DNA from: Botryllus schlosseri
Lineage: Eukaryota
Length of the DNA stretch: 64,000 nt
Direction of reading: 5' to 3'
NCBI GenBank assembly: GCA_051294905.1
Contig: CM119376.1
Span: forward strand, 23,188,001 to 23,252,000
Within the stretch, counting starts at the first letter, position 1. Each line of letters starts with the position of its first letter. Shown here piece after piece: positions 12,980-25,417 of the stretch. Position numbers and translations under genes: made by a program. The notes below the pieces were generated by a model, which saw nothing but the letters and a program-made list of their open reading frames with translations, had not been told where the DNA came from and made no database searches.

Positions 12980-13231
12980 TCATCATCATCATTGGTGTAA
13001 TAGTCATTTTTATCAGTTCAATATACCACAAAAATGCGATACCACGAAAAAGACAGGAAGATGTCGAAGCGACTTGGAGTAGTCTATGAAATCAGACACC
13101 CACCTGGCCTATGCGATGTAAAGAGGGAGGCATGCACATTGCACACTGAATGAAAGTAAAGAAGATAGTATAGAAAATAGAAAGCGACAAGAAAATAGGG
13201 CGGCATGTCATGGAAAGCGAGATCGATAGGT
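12980..13231 (-). mobile_element. LINE/SINE-like 3' fragment with (ATG)n tail, cut by the duplication junction
   Basis: Same family as 22819-23102 and 49131-49414; partial copies near 2085-2185, 47650-47730 and 63620-63830. Confidence 0.7.
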
Positions 13232-13680
13232 AGCTCGGTAGCTCACAGCGACTCATGTATTTGATACCATTGGCAAAACACCACGTTTTTCAAATGAATG
13301 TACATAAAATTACATATCCAATATCAGGCATTCGTGGTTAGGCAATGAAATCAGATCTTTCATGTAGTGTTCGTCAGTTCGTTGTTTATATTTTTAATAA
13401 TTGCAAAACAACACAAGATTGCACTACAATTAAATATAATACAGAGTCTATGCGACATGAAGTAATCGTTCAAACACCCACCTTGGCCTACAGATGATGA
13501 AAAAAGTTGAAATGATACATGCACATTGCGCAACGCACACTGAATCAGGGGTGTATTCAAAGGTAGTGAACGTAGTTTGTGTTGCTACTCAAGTAGAAAG
13601 TAGAAGTACTCAATTATAAGAACAAGTATGACTTTCCGAATGGCGAGCTCCTTGCCTTGCAGCCTATTATTCGCTCTGTG

Positions 13681-13865
13681 TCGAAGTGTATTGCATCGAT
13701 AACTCGAAAATGGACCTAGCGAGCAAATGCTTCCAGAATTGGTCGGATGCATCCGAATTGAAAGTGACGCACGGCCATATGAGCTGTGATAGATTGACTC
13801 CAATGAAGCGGAGTGGTACGAAAAGTGGAATAGAGATCACTAAGAAGAAGAAATTGTATATTTGA
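13681..13865 (+). pseudogene. SAMHD1: 3' remnant of SAMHD1 (last ~61 codons)
   Basis: Identical to 3841-4025. The upstream fused frame hits TGA at 13629 with no ATG, and the HD domain is deleted. Confidence 0.9.
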
Positions 13866-15629
13866 ACTTGACGTCTTGCTTGGCAGTGGAAATTGCTGGA
13901 ATCTTTCAAATTATTTGGAAAGTCTGACAGTGCGGATGATTAATATGTAACCGTAAAAAAACAGATGGGCTCACTGCACTGCGCTGTGGTATAAGTGATG
14001 ATAGAAAATAAAGATCAAAATACTGAATCACTTTGTCATATATTTCACTTTATACTCCACGAAATGACACATGCGGATGCACTAAATTAATTTTATTATT
14101 TCTTGCAGAGCTGATCTAATTTTGCAATATTGGCTGTCTTTCGTGCGATTTAGACCAATCCTCACTTGTCTCACCACTTGCTGTTATACTCTATGTATCA
14201 TTTGCCGGTACCTAGGCCCACATATCTTCAACCTGTTTCGAGTCTTCATAAACTGACTTATTAATTAGGTCCTAGCACACCATAATGGATAGTTTTGGAA
14301 TCAACATGTTGTTCATTTCCATCCGTGAACCACCAGTTGGCTATGAGGTGTGACTAGTTATTGTATTATTTCAATATATTTTCGGAATTTTACGTATAGA
14401 CTACATTTTATGATTTACTTCCAGCATGTGCTTTACTGTCTCAAGCTGTTGCGACATTGCTCTTCCAATTTCACCAGAGACCCACCACTGTCATAATGCA
14501 GGAAATTGAATTATAAAATCGAGGAGCGGTCTTGTCGCAATATCTGGCACATGAGCATATATTTTTGAATGGTCAATTATGGTGCTGCTACTTTTTCTAA
14601 AAAAACTCTGTTATGGTCATCAAAGCCCTTCATGCTCCCAATGAACATTTCAAATTCATATGTTAATTTTTCGTGTGCGCTCCGGCTTTTGAATCGCATT
14701 TCACCGCGTCAATTTTGAAGCCCTTTGAAAGGAAAGGCCCCTTAGCAGTAGGGGCCTACCAGCGACAACATATCAAGAGTGAATAAATTGTGGGCTTGAT
14801 ATTTTTATACTGTTCTGTTTCTACTGTTATTGTAGCGTAGCTGTCTAAGGACATCGGCATCAATGTATACTCCTCTTGCCATTTAATTGTGGGATTGAAG
14901 CTGGTCACTGATCATTTATGACTTGAAAATGTAAAAGTCACAAAGCAGGCAAGCACCCTCTGACACACCTAGTAAAGTAGGCTATATCTATTCCGTTACC
15001 CCCTTTTAATTGGTTATCGGACCTGTCGATGGGTGATTGATAGCTCATAGCTTGGCTTGAAATTGGAAACACTTGTTATCAAATTTGCTGCCCTTCGCAA
15101 TGGGTCCAAGTTAGAAACATTCCTTGGCGTCATTGGTGGATGGCTCTGAATGATAATGCCTAATGCCTGCGTCGGTAGTGTGTGAAACGCCTGTATCTGC
15201 AAATCCAAGTTCCCTAAAGCTCTCTGTGAGGCTGGTATTTGAGATTACCTACTTTTGACTCTGCATTGCTTTTATTTTCTGTGACTTTCGTGCAATCGCT
15301 ACAGTTCTTGTGGTTGTCAATGTGACATTTCTTTTATTTCATTCACGGCGTGATATAATCGTATGAACGCATTTTTGCTGTTATTAGCACTGTGTAGTGT
15401 GTATACTATGCCTAGATACATGCCGGGGTTTAATTTTTGATTGTGTGACTAACATGAAGCCTGCGTGCCTCATGTTGTTCAGCAATCATCTTGATTGTAT
15501 TACACCGTATTACAATATCAATGAATAATGGGTTTGAGTGAAATCACAGCAACATTATGTATCATTGGTCTCATAACTCTTATTGTAATTCTTTAGAGGC
15601 GAATCTTTTTCTTACCATAACGATTTGGT

Positions 15630-18600
15630 ATGGCGCCTGGGCGTACTCATTCAAAAGGTAGTGAAGACGATGGAGACACACTGGAAGAAGAATCTTCGTT
15701 CTACCTCCCAAAGAAATCTGATGAAGCTACAGCTAAGGTGGTAACGTGTGTAGTGGTTGGTGGTGGCTTACGTGGACAATGTTACTCCAAATACTCGAAA
15801 GACTTTCCTCATTTGGTAAATGACTAATTATTTTTCTCTTAGATTATCTCTATTAATACTGATGTAATTGATTTCTGGAATCTGGCAACTAGACGGTTTG
15901 CCTTTATGAACAGCAAGATCATTGACTGTTAACTGCTGGTCCGTATCAAATTTCTTGTCAGTCCTTCTAATATACTGCAATTATATATATCGATTTCAAA
16001 ATGCAGGATGTCATTGATTGAAGTAAAAATTCGAAGCATACTCTGAGTGAGAACTTCGCCAGTTCTGTGATTTGCAACATCGTGGAGCAATATAGAGTTC
16101 CTGGTTGAATGCTTTTATGTATAAATGGTTGTTCGTGATTCTTCTTGCTCATTGGTTTTTATCGTAATAATGCAGTTGAAGATCGTAGCTATCTGTGATC
16201 CAAGCAAACGTGTACGGCAAATCTTCGAGAAAGAATTCAATATTCCAGCGGATCGACAATTCACAGGTGAAGAAGCTTCGAACTCGTTTTTGTGTGTGAC
16301 TGCGAACTGTGTGGAAATACCTACTAATATATAAATCACAGAACTTGATTCATTGGTTTTCCGTATGGTATTCATATGACGTGAGAATTATTATTCACTG
16401 ATCCAAACAGTCACTGTTGGAAAGCGTTTGATATGTGATTGTAATGATTCATTGATACTCAGAGATAGGCTGAGTAAGCTAAGTCAGAACACGAGAGTTG
16501 TGCGCTCCATAATTGCCAGTTACTTTGATACCATCACTGACTGACATGTTGATAGGGCTCGGTTTTATTTCTAAATAGGGGGTGTCATAATCGTCATTCC
16601 AAATAACCACACCTAGACCTAACACAATCCTAGCCCTCACCCTAAATCACTGTGAATGTTTCTAGTTTTGAATGACTCGTTATTATGAGCGTTACTGTTT
16701 TAACATTCACTACTATGTCTGGATTCCATCGATAAGATCTACACCTGTCTCTTGCAAATTTTGTAAGCAAATCAATTTCTTGTTGATGATAGGGCAACTT
16801 TCCAATTAGCTGAGTCTAGAATGATGTTTAGCACGGTAGTAGTCTGTTTAAAATTACAGGTGTATTTACACTTTTAGATTGGAATGAACTGATGAAACTC
16901 GATAAACTTGCTGATTTTGCTTGTGTATGTACGCCTGATGTATTGCACAAAGACCCTGCTATTGCCTTAGCAGGGAAGGGGTACCATATTCTGCTTGAAA
17001 AACCAATGGCGGTAAGGACTATGTATTCTGTGTGGTGCAATCTTGTATATTGTAATGAAATATTTTCAAGACAACCAGGGCTGACTGCATTGCTATCAAA
17101 GATGCATGTGAGAGAAGTAATGTCATGTTTGCAGTATGTCATGTTCTACGCTACTATCCTCCGAATAAAAAACTCAAGGAATTAATTGACTCTGGTGTCA
17201 TTGGTGATGTTGTTAATATACAACATACAGAACCGGTGCGTTAAAAATTTTGATTTTTATGATTTTATGATTCCATTGATATGGCAGCGATGTGTTTAGG
17301 TTGGCTTCTGGCACTATGCGCATTCGTACGTCAGGGGAAATTGGCGAAAAGAAAGCGAAAGTTGCTTTTCATTGCTCGCGAAATGCTGTCATGACGTGGA
17401 CTTGATAGCGTATTGGATGCGAGGTCAGTTAGATGCGAGAAAAAATCCAGTCGTATGCACAACAATATCATCGTTTGGATCTCTCATCCACTTCAAGAAA
17501 GAAAATAAGGTAGAGAATATATGATTAACTCTTGATTTAAATTACGGTTTTCAGCGACCCTTGCATATCATAATAAAAAAACACCTTGGGGACAGTTGGT
17601 CCTAAACTCTTTCAGCTTGAAGCACATTAGAAAAATTGAAAAGCACTTGTGCTTCACTGACTCGTGAAAACGAGTTGTGTTGAAAAAAATTCATGGATTT
17701 GTTTTTTATACGACTGAGGTTGAATGCTGACAAACAAACCAGCAGTTCGTCGTGAATTACTAGCAGTCTCCCTAGTTTATAGCTTGTAAGTTCAGAAAAG
17801 CCATGTTCACATTGCCATTCGCCATGGGTGACATAAATAAGTTGCACCGATCGTCGAATGGGATTTGAAAGCAGACATCCAAACTCAAAGATATAATTCT
17901 AAGATATTAGCCTAATTATGATGTTACAAGTATCCTACTCTGTAGGCAATGCCATATTTGGTTTCATTGTTATGGATGCTTTATTCATCAGCTATTGAAA
18001 CTGCCGGAGCACTATTAAGTGCATGTGCTTGTCTGTATGCCTTATTTGAATACTGATACAGCTCTTTTCCGAATTCTAGATAAATTTACAGCACAGGTGA
18101 TATCTGTGGCGTCACACCACACTGGTCACAAGCCACTCTACCAGCAGTGACTCCACCTGATAGCATGCTGTATCTTTTAAGGCTCCGTTCTCTCGTTGAA
18201 TGACTTAGCTGTCTTCACACTGTCATCGTTGTTTTTAAAGCCAGAAGGTGCATCGGACAGATGCTTGGGCTGTAGTGTGGAAGAGGAGTGTCCATACTCT
18301 GCACAGAAGATCTACCTCAAACCGGCCAAGAGCGGATTTTGGAGCTTCCCTGTGAAGGCTGTGACGGACATTGAAGACATTAACGTGTTAACCGACAGAC
18401 TGCAATCGGGTCCTTATGGAAGGTGTGTGTACGATTGCGACAATGACGTATGCGATAACCAGGTACACGGTGCCTATGCTTTTATTCGGCATGATTAGTA
18501 TGCTAATGACAAAATGTTATTTTAGATTGTAAACTTTCAGTTCAGTGGTGGGCAAACCGCTTCACTCACAATGATTGCTTACACGGAGAGTGTGTGCAAA

Positions 18601-19266
18601 CGAAGGACGATTATATACGGGACAAAGGTAAATTTCTCATTGATTCCCTGGCTGTTGAGTCACGATTTGTGCAAATTTCGACTTTCATATGCCAAGAGGA
18701 AGTTTAGTACCTCTAACATGGGTAATAGAGCTGACATGTCCCGTGTCCGTGTACAGTACATACAAAGTGCATCTGAAGTACAGTGTACCTTGCATTTGTG
18801 CGTCTGTAGAATTAGCGAATACTGTGTGGAGGATATTATGTGCGTAAGGTGGCCACCTCTGTTCCCCAGTTACTCCTAGCCCTGACGGTCTTTGACTTTT
18901 CTAGGGAGAATTGACGTTTGACGAAAGAGCAGGACCATACATAAAGCAATACAACTTTGCAACAAGAAGGACCACACAGCACCAATGTTCAATGGGACTG
19001 GCAAAACTTTCCTCGATGAGGGGACATGGCGGTGCCGATTTTTATCTCATGGATTCGTTTGTTAAAGCTGTGATGGTATGAAGGTTTTTCAAGCTGACCA
19101 ATAGAACGTTGGTATTTCTTAATCGTATTTATATATATATTATTCTCCTTTCCAGTTCAATGACCGCAATGTCATAGCCAGCGGTGCTGACGAAACTTTG
19201 CAGAGCCATCTTCTGTGTTTTTCTGCCGAGGAATCAAGAGTGAAAGGAAAAGTTATTGTTTTGTAG
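15630..19266 (+). CDS. Gfo/Idh/MocA-family oxidoreductase, copy 2 (intact; exons offset +9840 from copy 1)
   Basis: Exons and splice sites are identical to copy 1. Confidence 0.88.
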
Positions 19267-19560
19267 TAATATTATATTCTATGCAATATATTCGGAGCAT
19301 TTCTAATTTTTTACGTGTTTCATGCTGCTTTTGTTTTTATCCTCTGAATTTAATCTTGTTGGCATATCCGGTAAATGTCAATATACGTCTAGCACCATTA
19401 CTTTGGTACCAGTCTTTTGTTGTAGCAATTATGTAGCCTTTGCTTCGTTGATTTAATATCTGCCTGCATATGAAGTCTAGAGTTGATTGTAAGAGTCAAT
19501 TTTTTCCCTGGGCAAGGGATCAGATTATCCATCAATGTTTGCTCTGTTAAAACTGGTCAT

Positions 19561-22500
19561 TAGGGTTGTTCAAAATAAACTTTTTTAATTTCACTGGGCA
19601 CCCCGTGAAATTATCAGGTTGACTAAAAAAACACTGATGCACACCAAATTTGATTCAATTCCAGTCCATACGAACAAAGTTAAGAGTAGAAAATTTTGGG
19701 CTTAAGAAATGGTATTGGTGGTAACTCCAAAATGTAATTACTCCCAATTGTGGACGCAGGACGTAGTTGATTTTTGACCTTGGTTCTTCTGAGGCATTAC
19801 ACCGACTCATGATATGCATATTAGGGCTGTTCAAAAATAACTTTTTTTCCCCGATTCAAGCCGGTCACCTCTTAAATCGTCAGGTTGCAGTAGAAAACCT
19901 TGCTCACCAAATTTCACTCGATTCCAACCAGTAAAGGCCTCCGCAGATCCAATTAAAATTTTTAAATTATTATGAAAAATTAAAAAAAAAAAAATTTCCA
20001 AATTTTTCTGCCAACCCCATGAAATTGTTGAGCTGTCTTCAAAGACGTTGCAAAACAAATTTGAGTCAATTCCGACCAGTAGAAGCGGAGTTACGTGAGT
20101 TTTTCGTTGATAAATCGCGGATTATCCACCGATCAAGGATAATCCGAGAAATATCGAAAAACTCACATAACTCCGCTTCTACTGGTCGGAATTGACTCAA
20201 ATTTGTTTTGCAACGTCTTTGAAGACAGCTCAACGATTTCATGGGGTTGGCAGAAAAATTTGGAAATTTTTATTTTTTATTTTCCATAATAAATTAAAAA
20301 TTTTAATTGGATCTGCGGAGGCCTTTACTGGTTGGAATCGAGTGAAATTTGGTGAGCAAGGTTTTCTACTGCAACCTGACGATTTAAGAGGTGACCGGCT
20401 TGAATCGGGAAAAAAAGTTATTTTTGAACAGCCCTAAATTGCATATACACGATTTGTGCACTGAGAGAGAGAGAGAGATATGATATTCTTTTTCGTCTGC
20501 ACCATCGAGATGCTTTGACGACGGTGTTGCGATATGGCCCCATGAGGTCATCTAGTCTGCGCCCCCGTTTTTTTTCTCCTCCATGCTATCCGTGATTGCT
20601 GAGCGCCTAGCAGGATAGCTGCGGATACCAATTTTCGAGTCTTTGGTATGACCCGGCCAGGGATCGAACCCACGACCTACCGCTCGAGAAGACGGGCGCA
20701 TCACCATTACACTATCTCGCTGCATATGCATTCCATGATGTGCCAGTGTTGGGATCAAGTCACTACCTTCGAGTCACGAGTCATTGCACATTTTGACTCG
20801 AGTCAAGTCAATCTATTTTCGAAGGTGACTCGAGTCAAGTCACTCGATTTTTGGAGGTGACTCGAGTCACGTCAAGTAGGGATGGTGTGAACGCGAGGTT
20901 CACGTTCGCGTTCTGTGTGTGAACCTTGGAAATTTAGAGGTTCACGTTCACAAACGAACCTTGATAGGTTCTGCACTGTGAACCTTTTTCCTTTATTACA
21001 ATTTTCACTTCATTATAACATCTTTGGTTGAAATTTATTGCATTTTAACTGCGGGCCACTATAGGCATGGCGCTGGTAGCATAAAAAATCAACACTAAAC
21101 GAGCATGCACCCTGACAATCTCAAATTTTTTACCTGCTTTGTTACAATATTTAGTGACTATCTACTATGAGCTTGAGCCGCAATCACAAAATATCAAGAC
21201 CGAAAAGCGTTTGATGCCTATTCAACCAATTAATGAAATTGATATCGGTGTCAGATATAATAAATCTAGCAAGAGTACGGGGTTCATCTCGATTTCATAT
21301 GTTTATTGTATCATTAAAACCAAATACGTGCGATTGAAGTGCTGGCCTCTGCTGTAGAACTTGTTAATGGGGTAAAACCCCGTTTACACTCTGCTTAATA
21401 TCAACGTGGGAACAATCAGACGCCGAATACATTGTCCGGTCTGGCCTAGACGGCTAAGGCGTAGGATTATATTCCCATGCAAGTCCTCGTCGAATTTGTT
21501 GACAAAGTGACGGAGGATGTTGATTTTATGAGATAATTATATCATTTGATTGCTTCACAGTTGATACATTTGGCAACGTTTAAAAAGTCAGTATGTACTT
21601 CAGCATTGTGACATTATGTGGCCCGACTTGGCGCTTGGTATCTTGTACATTAATCTATATCCCTTCACTGAAATGTAGGGTCGGAATTAGCAATATGACG
21701 TCACGTGACGTCATGAGGTTCACGTTCGCGTTCACACAGAACCTTTCAAAAAGGTTCGCGTTCACACGAACCTGAACCTTTCAGAGGTTCACACCATCCC
21801 TAACGTCAAGTCAAGTCATAATTCTAGTCAAGTTGCCTTTTCGAAGTGTGAGGCATGCTTACGTCATCGCATTTTGCTAGCTGTCAGAAATACAGATTGA
21901 GTGGTCGTTTATTCTGGACTCATGAACGAACATAGAGTTAAATATAAACGCAAGAAGGCACTTTATTGCTCTTATATACGTAGAAATGCTAAACCACGTA
22001 AGTAACAGCATAGCCTCGGATTATATATTTATCAGCTAAAATAGAGAATAGATAGACAAACGTATTAATAAGATTCAATACATTATACCCAGTAACAAGT
22101 TGATATGATACAGTTCCAGTATAGAGACTGTCCTACAGTCTCTATAGTTCCAACCTGCGCTAATGGCTGAGGACTATATAAACTATATTTAGGCTTACCA
22201 TACGTCCTCTTTTGAGAGGATTTGTCCTCTTTTTTGACGTTTTTGAAAGTTTCCTCGGAGGACGCCCTTTTGTCCTCTTTTTTGAGATTTAGAGCAGATT
22301 TAGTGCAAATTGCGAGTGATATTCCGCATATTAGTACAGAATTGAAGCTCCGACGGGTGAAAAACGGTGATTCTAGCTCTGAGCGAAAAGATGACCTTTT
22401 TTTTTTTTTTTTTTAGTCATCCACCTGGCAATGTGGAGTAAATAACGTTATTTTGAGCTCTGAGCGGAAAAGATGACCTTTTTTTTTCTTTTTTTTTCTT

Positions 22501-22809
22501 TTAGTCAACCGATCACAAAGTGGGAAAAATTAACCGGTTTTTGAGAATTTAACTCCGGTTTTGCAAGTTGCAAATTTCTGAAAAAGTGTCCTCTTTTTTG
22601 ATTTCCAAAATATGGTAAGCCTACATATTGGAATTCAATTTCAATAAAACAAGAGGTTTGGTTAAGTTAAGAACAAAAATATACATTTTGCTATTAAATT
22701 ACTCTACTATGGGCTACTAGTTTACGCCAGCGTAACCCGTAGGCTTCGATCACTTCGTTTGCGAGCAATTTATTTGTATGAGAACAATGGAGGCTCAGTA
22801 AAACGCACG
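19561..22809. mobile_element. Duplicate of the TE stack (foldback 19822-20436, SINE 20463-20720, host MITE from 20744, nested MITEs 20877-21802 and 22190-22623)
   Basis: Same sequence as 9721-12970, offset 9840. Confidence 0.85.
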
Positions 22810-22818
22810 CTACTAAAA

Positions 22819-23102
22819 TCATCATCATCATTGGTGTAATAGTCATTTTTATCAGTTCAATATACCACAAAAATGCGATACCACGAAAAAGACAGGAAGA
22901 TGTCGAAGCGACTTGGAGTAGTCTATGAAATCAGACACCCACCTGGCCTATGCGATGTAAAGAGGGAGGCATGCACATTGCACACTGAATGAAAGTAAAG
23001 AAGATAGTATAGAAAATAGAAAGCGACAAGAAAATAGGGCGGCATGTCATGGAAAGCGAGATCGATAGGTCAGTGGTGGTCCTGTAATCTTGAGGATTGA
23101 CT
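22819..23102 (-). mobile_element. LINE/SINE-like 3' fragment, (ATG)n tail
   Basis: catcatcatcatt...gatcgataggtcagtggtggtcctgtaatcttgagg matches 49131-49414. Confidence 0.7.
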
Positions 23103-23596
23103 GTATTTATTTAGTAGTAATTGCTTGTATTTCGACTTGAATGGGGACACGCTCGTCGACTTTCGGATGGTCGGCGGGATACTGGGTCAGTGGGTCATCT
23201 TTCCCATCTCTGTTCCCAAAATTGCCAACTTAGGCGTTCGCTGCATCGGAGTCCAGTTTTCGAGCGCATTTTAACACTTTTTCGAGAAAAAGAGGACAAA
23301 TTCCCCCAAAAAGAGGACATTTAGGAGTCCTCCGAGGACACACTTTCAATTTATTGAAAAAAGAGAAGACATGTCGTAATCCTACGAGTGGTACGAGAAA
23401 TACCACGGACATCTAGCGGATTTATATTGGTTTAATAAGCGACCATTAGAGATGTAGAAGAGTGTTTTTCCCGCGCAAGACGCAAATCACAGATTCTGCC
23501 CGTGGCGATGTATACAACATATGCGTCGCAGTGTTGTGAGTTCAAGTTTATCGGTATAAGCAAAATAAATTCATTCGGGGCGGTAATAATCTAGAC

Positions 23597-23963
23597 CAGT
23601 GGTTCCCAACGTGGGCGATATCGCCCCCCAGGGGGCGATTTGGCGGTCTAGGGGGGCGAAAATGGACAAAGGGGGCGAAAATAGCGAAGGGGGCGATAGG
23701 GGGGCGATGACGCGCCAAAGCGGCTGACCTTTTTTTTTTTTTTTTTAGTCAACCCACGGAAATTTAGTTACAAAAGTGTGTAAAATTAGACATCGTGCCG
23801 AAAATTTGACCTTTTTTTTTTTTTTTTAGTCAACCCGCCGGCCGCCGGTGATTTGTGATTACAGTTTTGTATGCGCAATTTTCGGTATACAAAATTTGAG
23901 GGGCGATGATCGGTGTTGACCTTGAAAAGGGGGCGATGGAGCGAAAAAGGTTGGGAACCACTG
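23597..23963. mobile_element. hAT-Charlie-type MITE, 367 bp
   Basis: TIRs cagtggttcccaac / gttgggaaccactg; exact 8-bp TSD atctagac, matching the NTCTAGAN Charlie target preference; internal ggggcga repeats. Confidence 0.92.
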
Positions 23964-24249
23964 ATCTAGACGGACGAACATAAACGTTCACTGACAAAGC
24001 TTATAATTGATCCAGGAAGCGATGATATTGAATTTACGAAGCAGAAATAGTGGTCTTTTGGGCAGGGTGTATCGTCTTTCGTCTTATAACTCAGTCGTTC
24101 CCCATAGTTTAATTGGTGGCAACGTCACGCACAACTTTCTCAATTATTCCATGCAAGAAAGCCTTCGTTCACGGGCAACTTATTGGCGAAAACAACCACT
24201 GTTTCCAGTGTGGGTGGTTCCAAAACTTGTTTATCTCATCGCCCCTTGG

Positions 24250-24842
24250 CCTGTACGGAATCGGTATCCTGTGCTCACACTATGTTTTATTTTTTATTGA
24301 ATTAAAAATCATCGCAGCTCACCTGATATATCAGGCAAAAAGGCCAGCGATTCCAATCAGGTCCTTTGGCATGCCTTATCAAGCTCGACTTATCCTTATC
24401 CCCCATCATATTCCCCCCAAAAATCTGCGAGTCGTCAGTAACGAAGTGCTTCTTATACTCAGTAATCAAGTATTTTAGTATTTCCCTTAGTAGTATTATA
24501 TTCTTTAGTACTCAAGTATTATAGTATTCGAAATTATTTCATCTAATTGTTTTGAAAGTGTCACAGAATGCATAAAATTATGTTTTCTCTGCTGCTGTGA
24601 TATTCCATCGAATGAAGGGTCGAGTTGCAATGTTACGTTGGGTCACAAAAATCAGAATGTAAAATGCCGAATATAGCCTACGGGGCTTAATTGTGTTGTA
24701 CTTGTACCCCTGACTGGAATCGCTGGCCGTTTTGCCTGATATATCAGGTGAGCAGCGATGATTTTGCAGTTTAAAGTAATTCAATAAAAAATAATGAAAA
24801 ATTAAAACATAGTGTGTGCACAGGACACCAATTCCATACAGG
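24250..24842. repeat. Inverted repeat pair (arms about 24250-24361 and 24709-24842); third copy about 57643-57770
   Basis: The core cacctgatatatcaggcaaaa..ggccagcgattcca appears in opposite orientations. Confidence 0.7.
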
Positions 24843-25417
24843 CTGTACCTCGAACTCGGTAGTAGACTGGAATTCATTATGAAGCTAGAATAATCAATCA
24901 AGTTTGTTTTGTTATCCTTTTAGAATTGTTGTTTAAATTCATATGTGGTCATTTATGACCCTGCTATATCACAGACGATACTGTGTGCATATGTTCGAAC
25001 AGGATCTCAAGATATTTTTCGCTACTCTGCCACGTCAAGTATAGGCTTATCGTGGATGGATTTCTTTTTCGACTTCCTTTATTCTATCTTCATTCTATCT
25101 AACCTTCAAATCCAAATCTTTAAATTCGGTAGTGACTCATATATGCACTAACGTCAACTTGATGTTTTGTAATAACTTCAAATCTGGTTTCAATGGGACT
25201 CCCGTATAATCCGGCCACACATTTTAAATCCAAAAGCTTAAGCAAGAAACCCATCGGGCCATCAGCCAACCACTATCCTAATCTGTGATGGTGAATCATG
25301 TATACAAATAATTAACTGGTATGTTCAAGCAAATATTGTTATGTAGAGTAATCATATAATACGCAAATGATTTTGCTTCTTGCCCCAGTTTCCCATTCAG
25401 CTCAATATAGTGTTGAG

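Larger units (their letters stand above)
1861..13231 (+). repeat. Tandem segmental duplication, unit 1 (original, 11.37 kb)
   Basis: 1861-2306 recurs at 13235-13680 (offset 11374) and 3841-13231 recurs at 13681-23070 (offset 9840/9839). The ORF track repeats identically. Confidence 0.97.
13235..23070 (+). repeat. Tandem segmental duplication, unit 2 (derived copy lacking original positions 2307-3840)
   Basis: Essentially identical to unit 1. The only difference I noticed by eye is a 1-bp shorter poly-T (about 12650 versus 22490). Confidence 0.97.
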
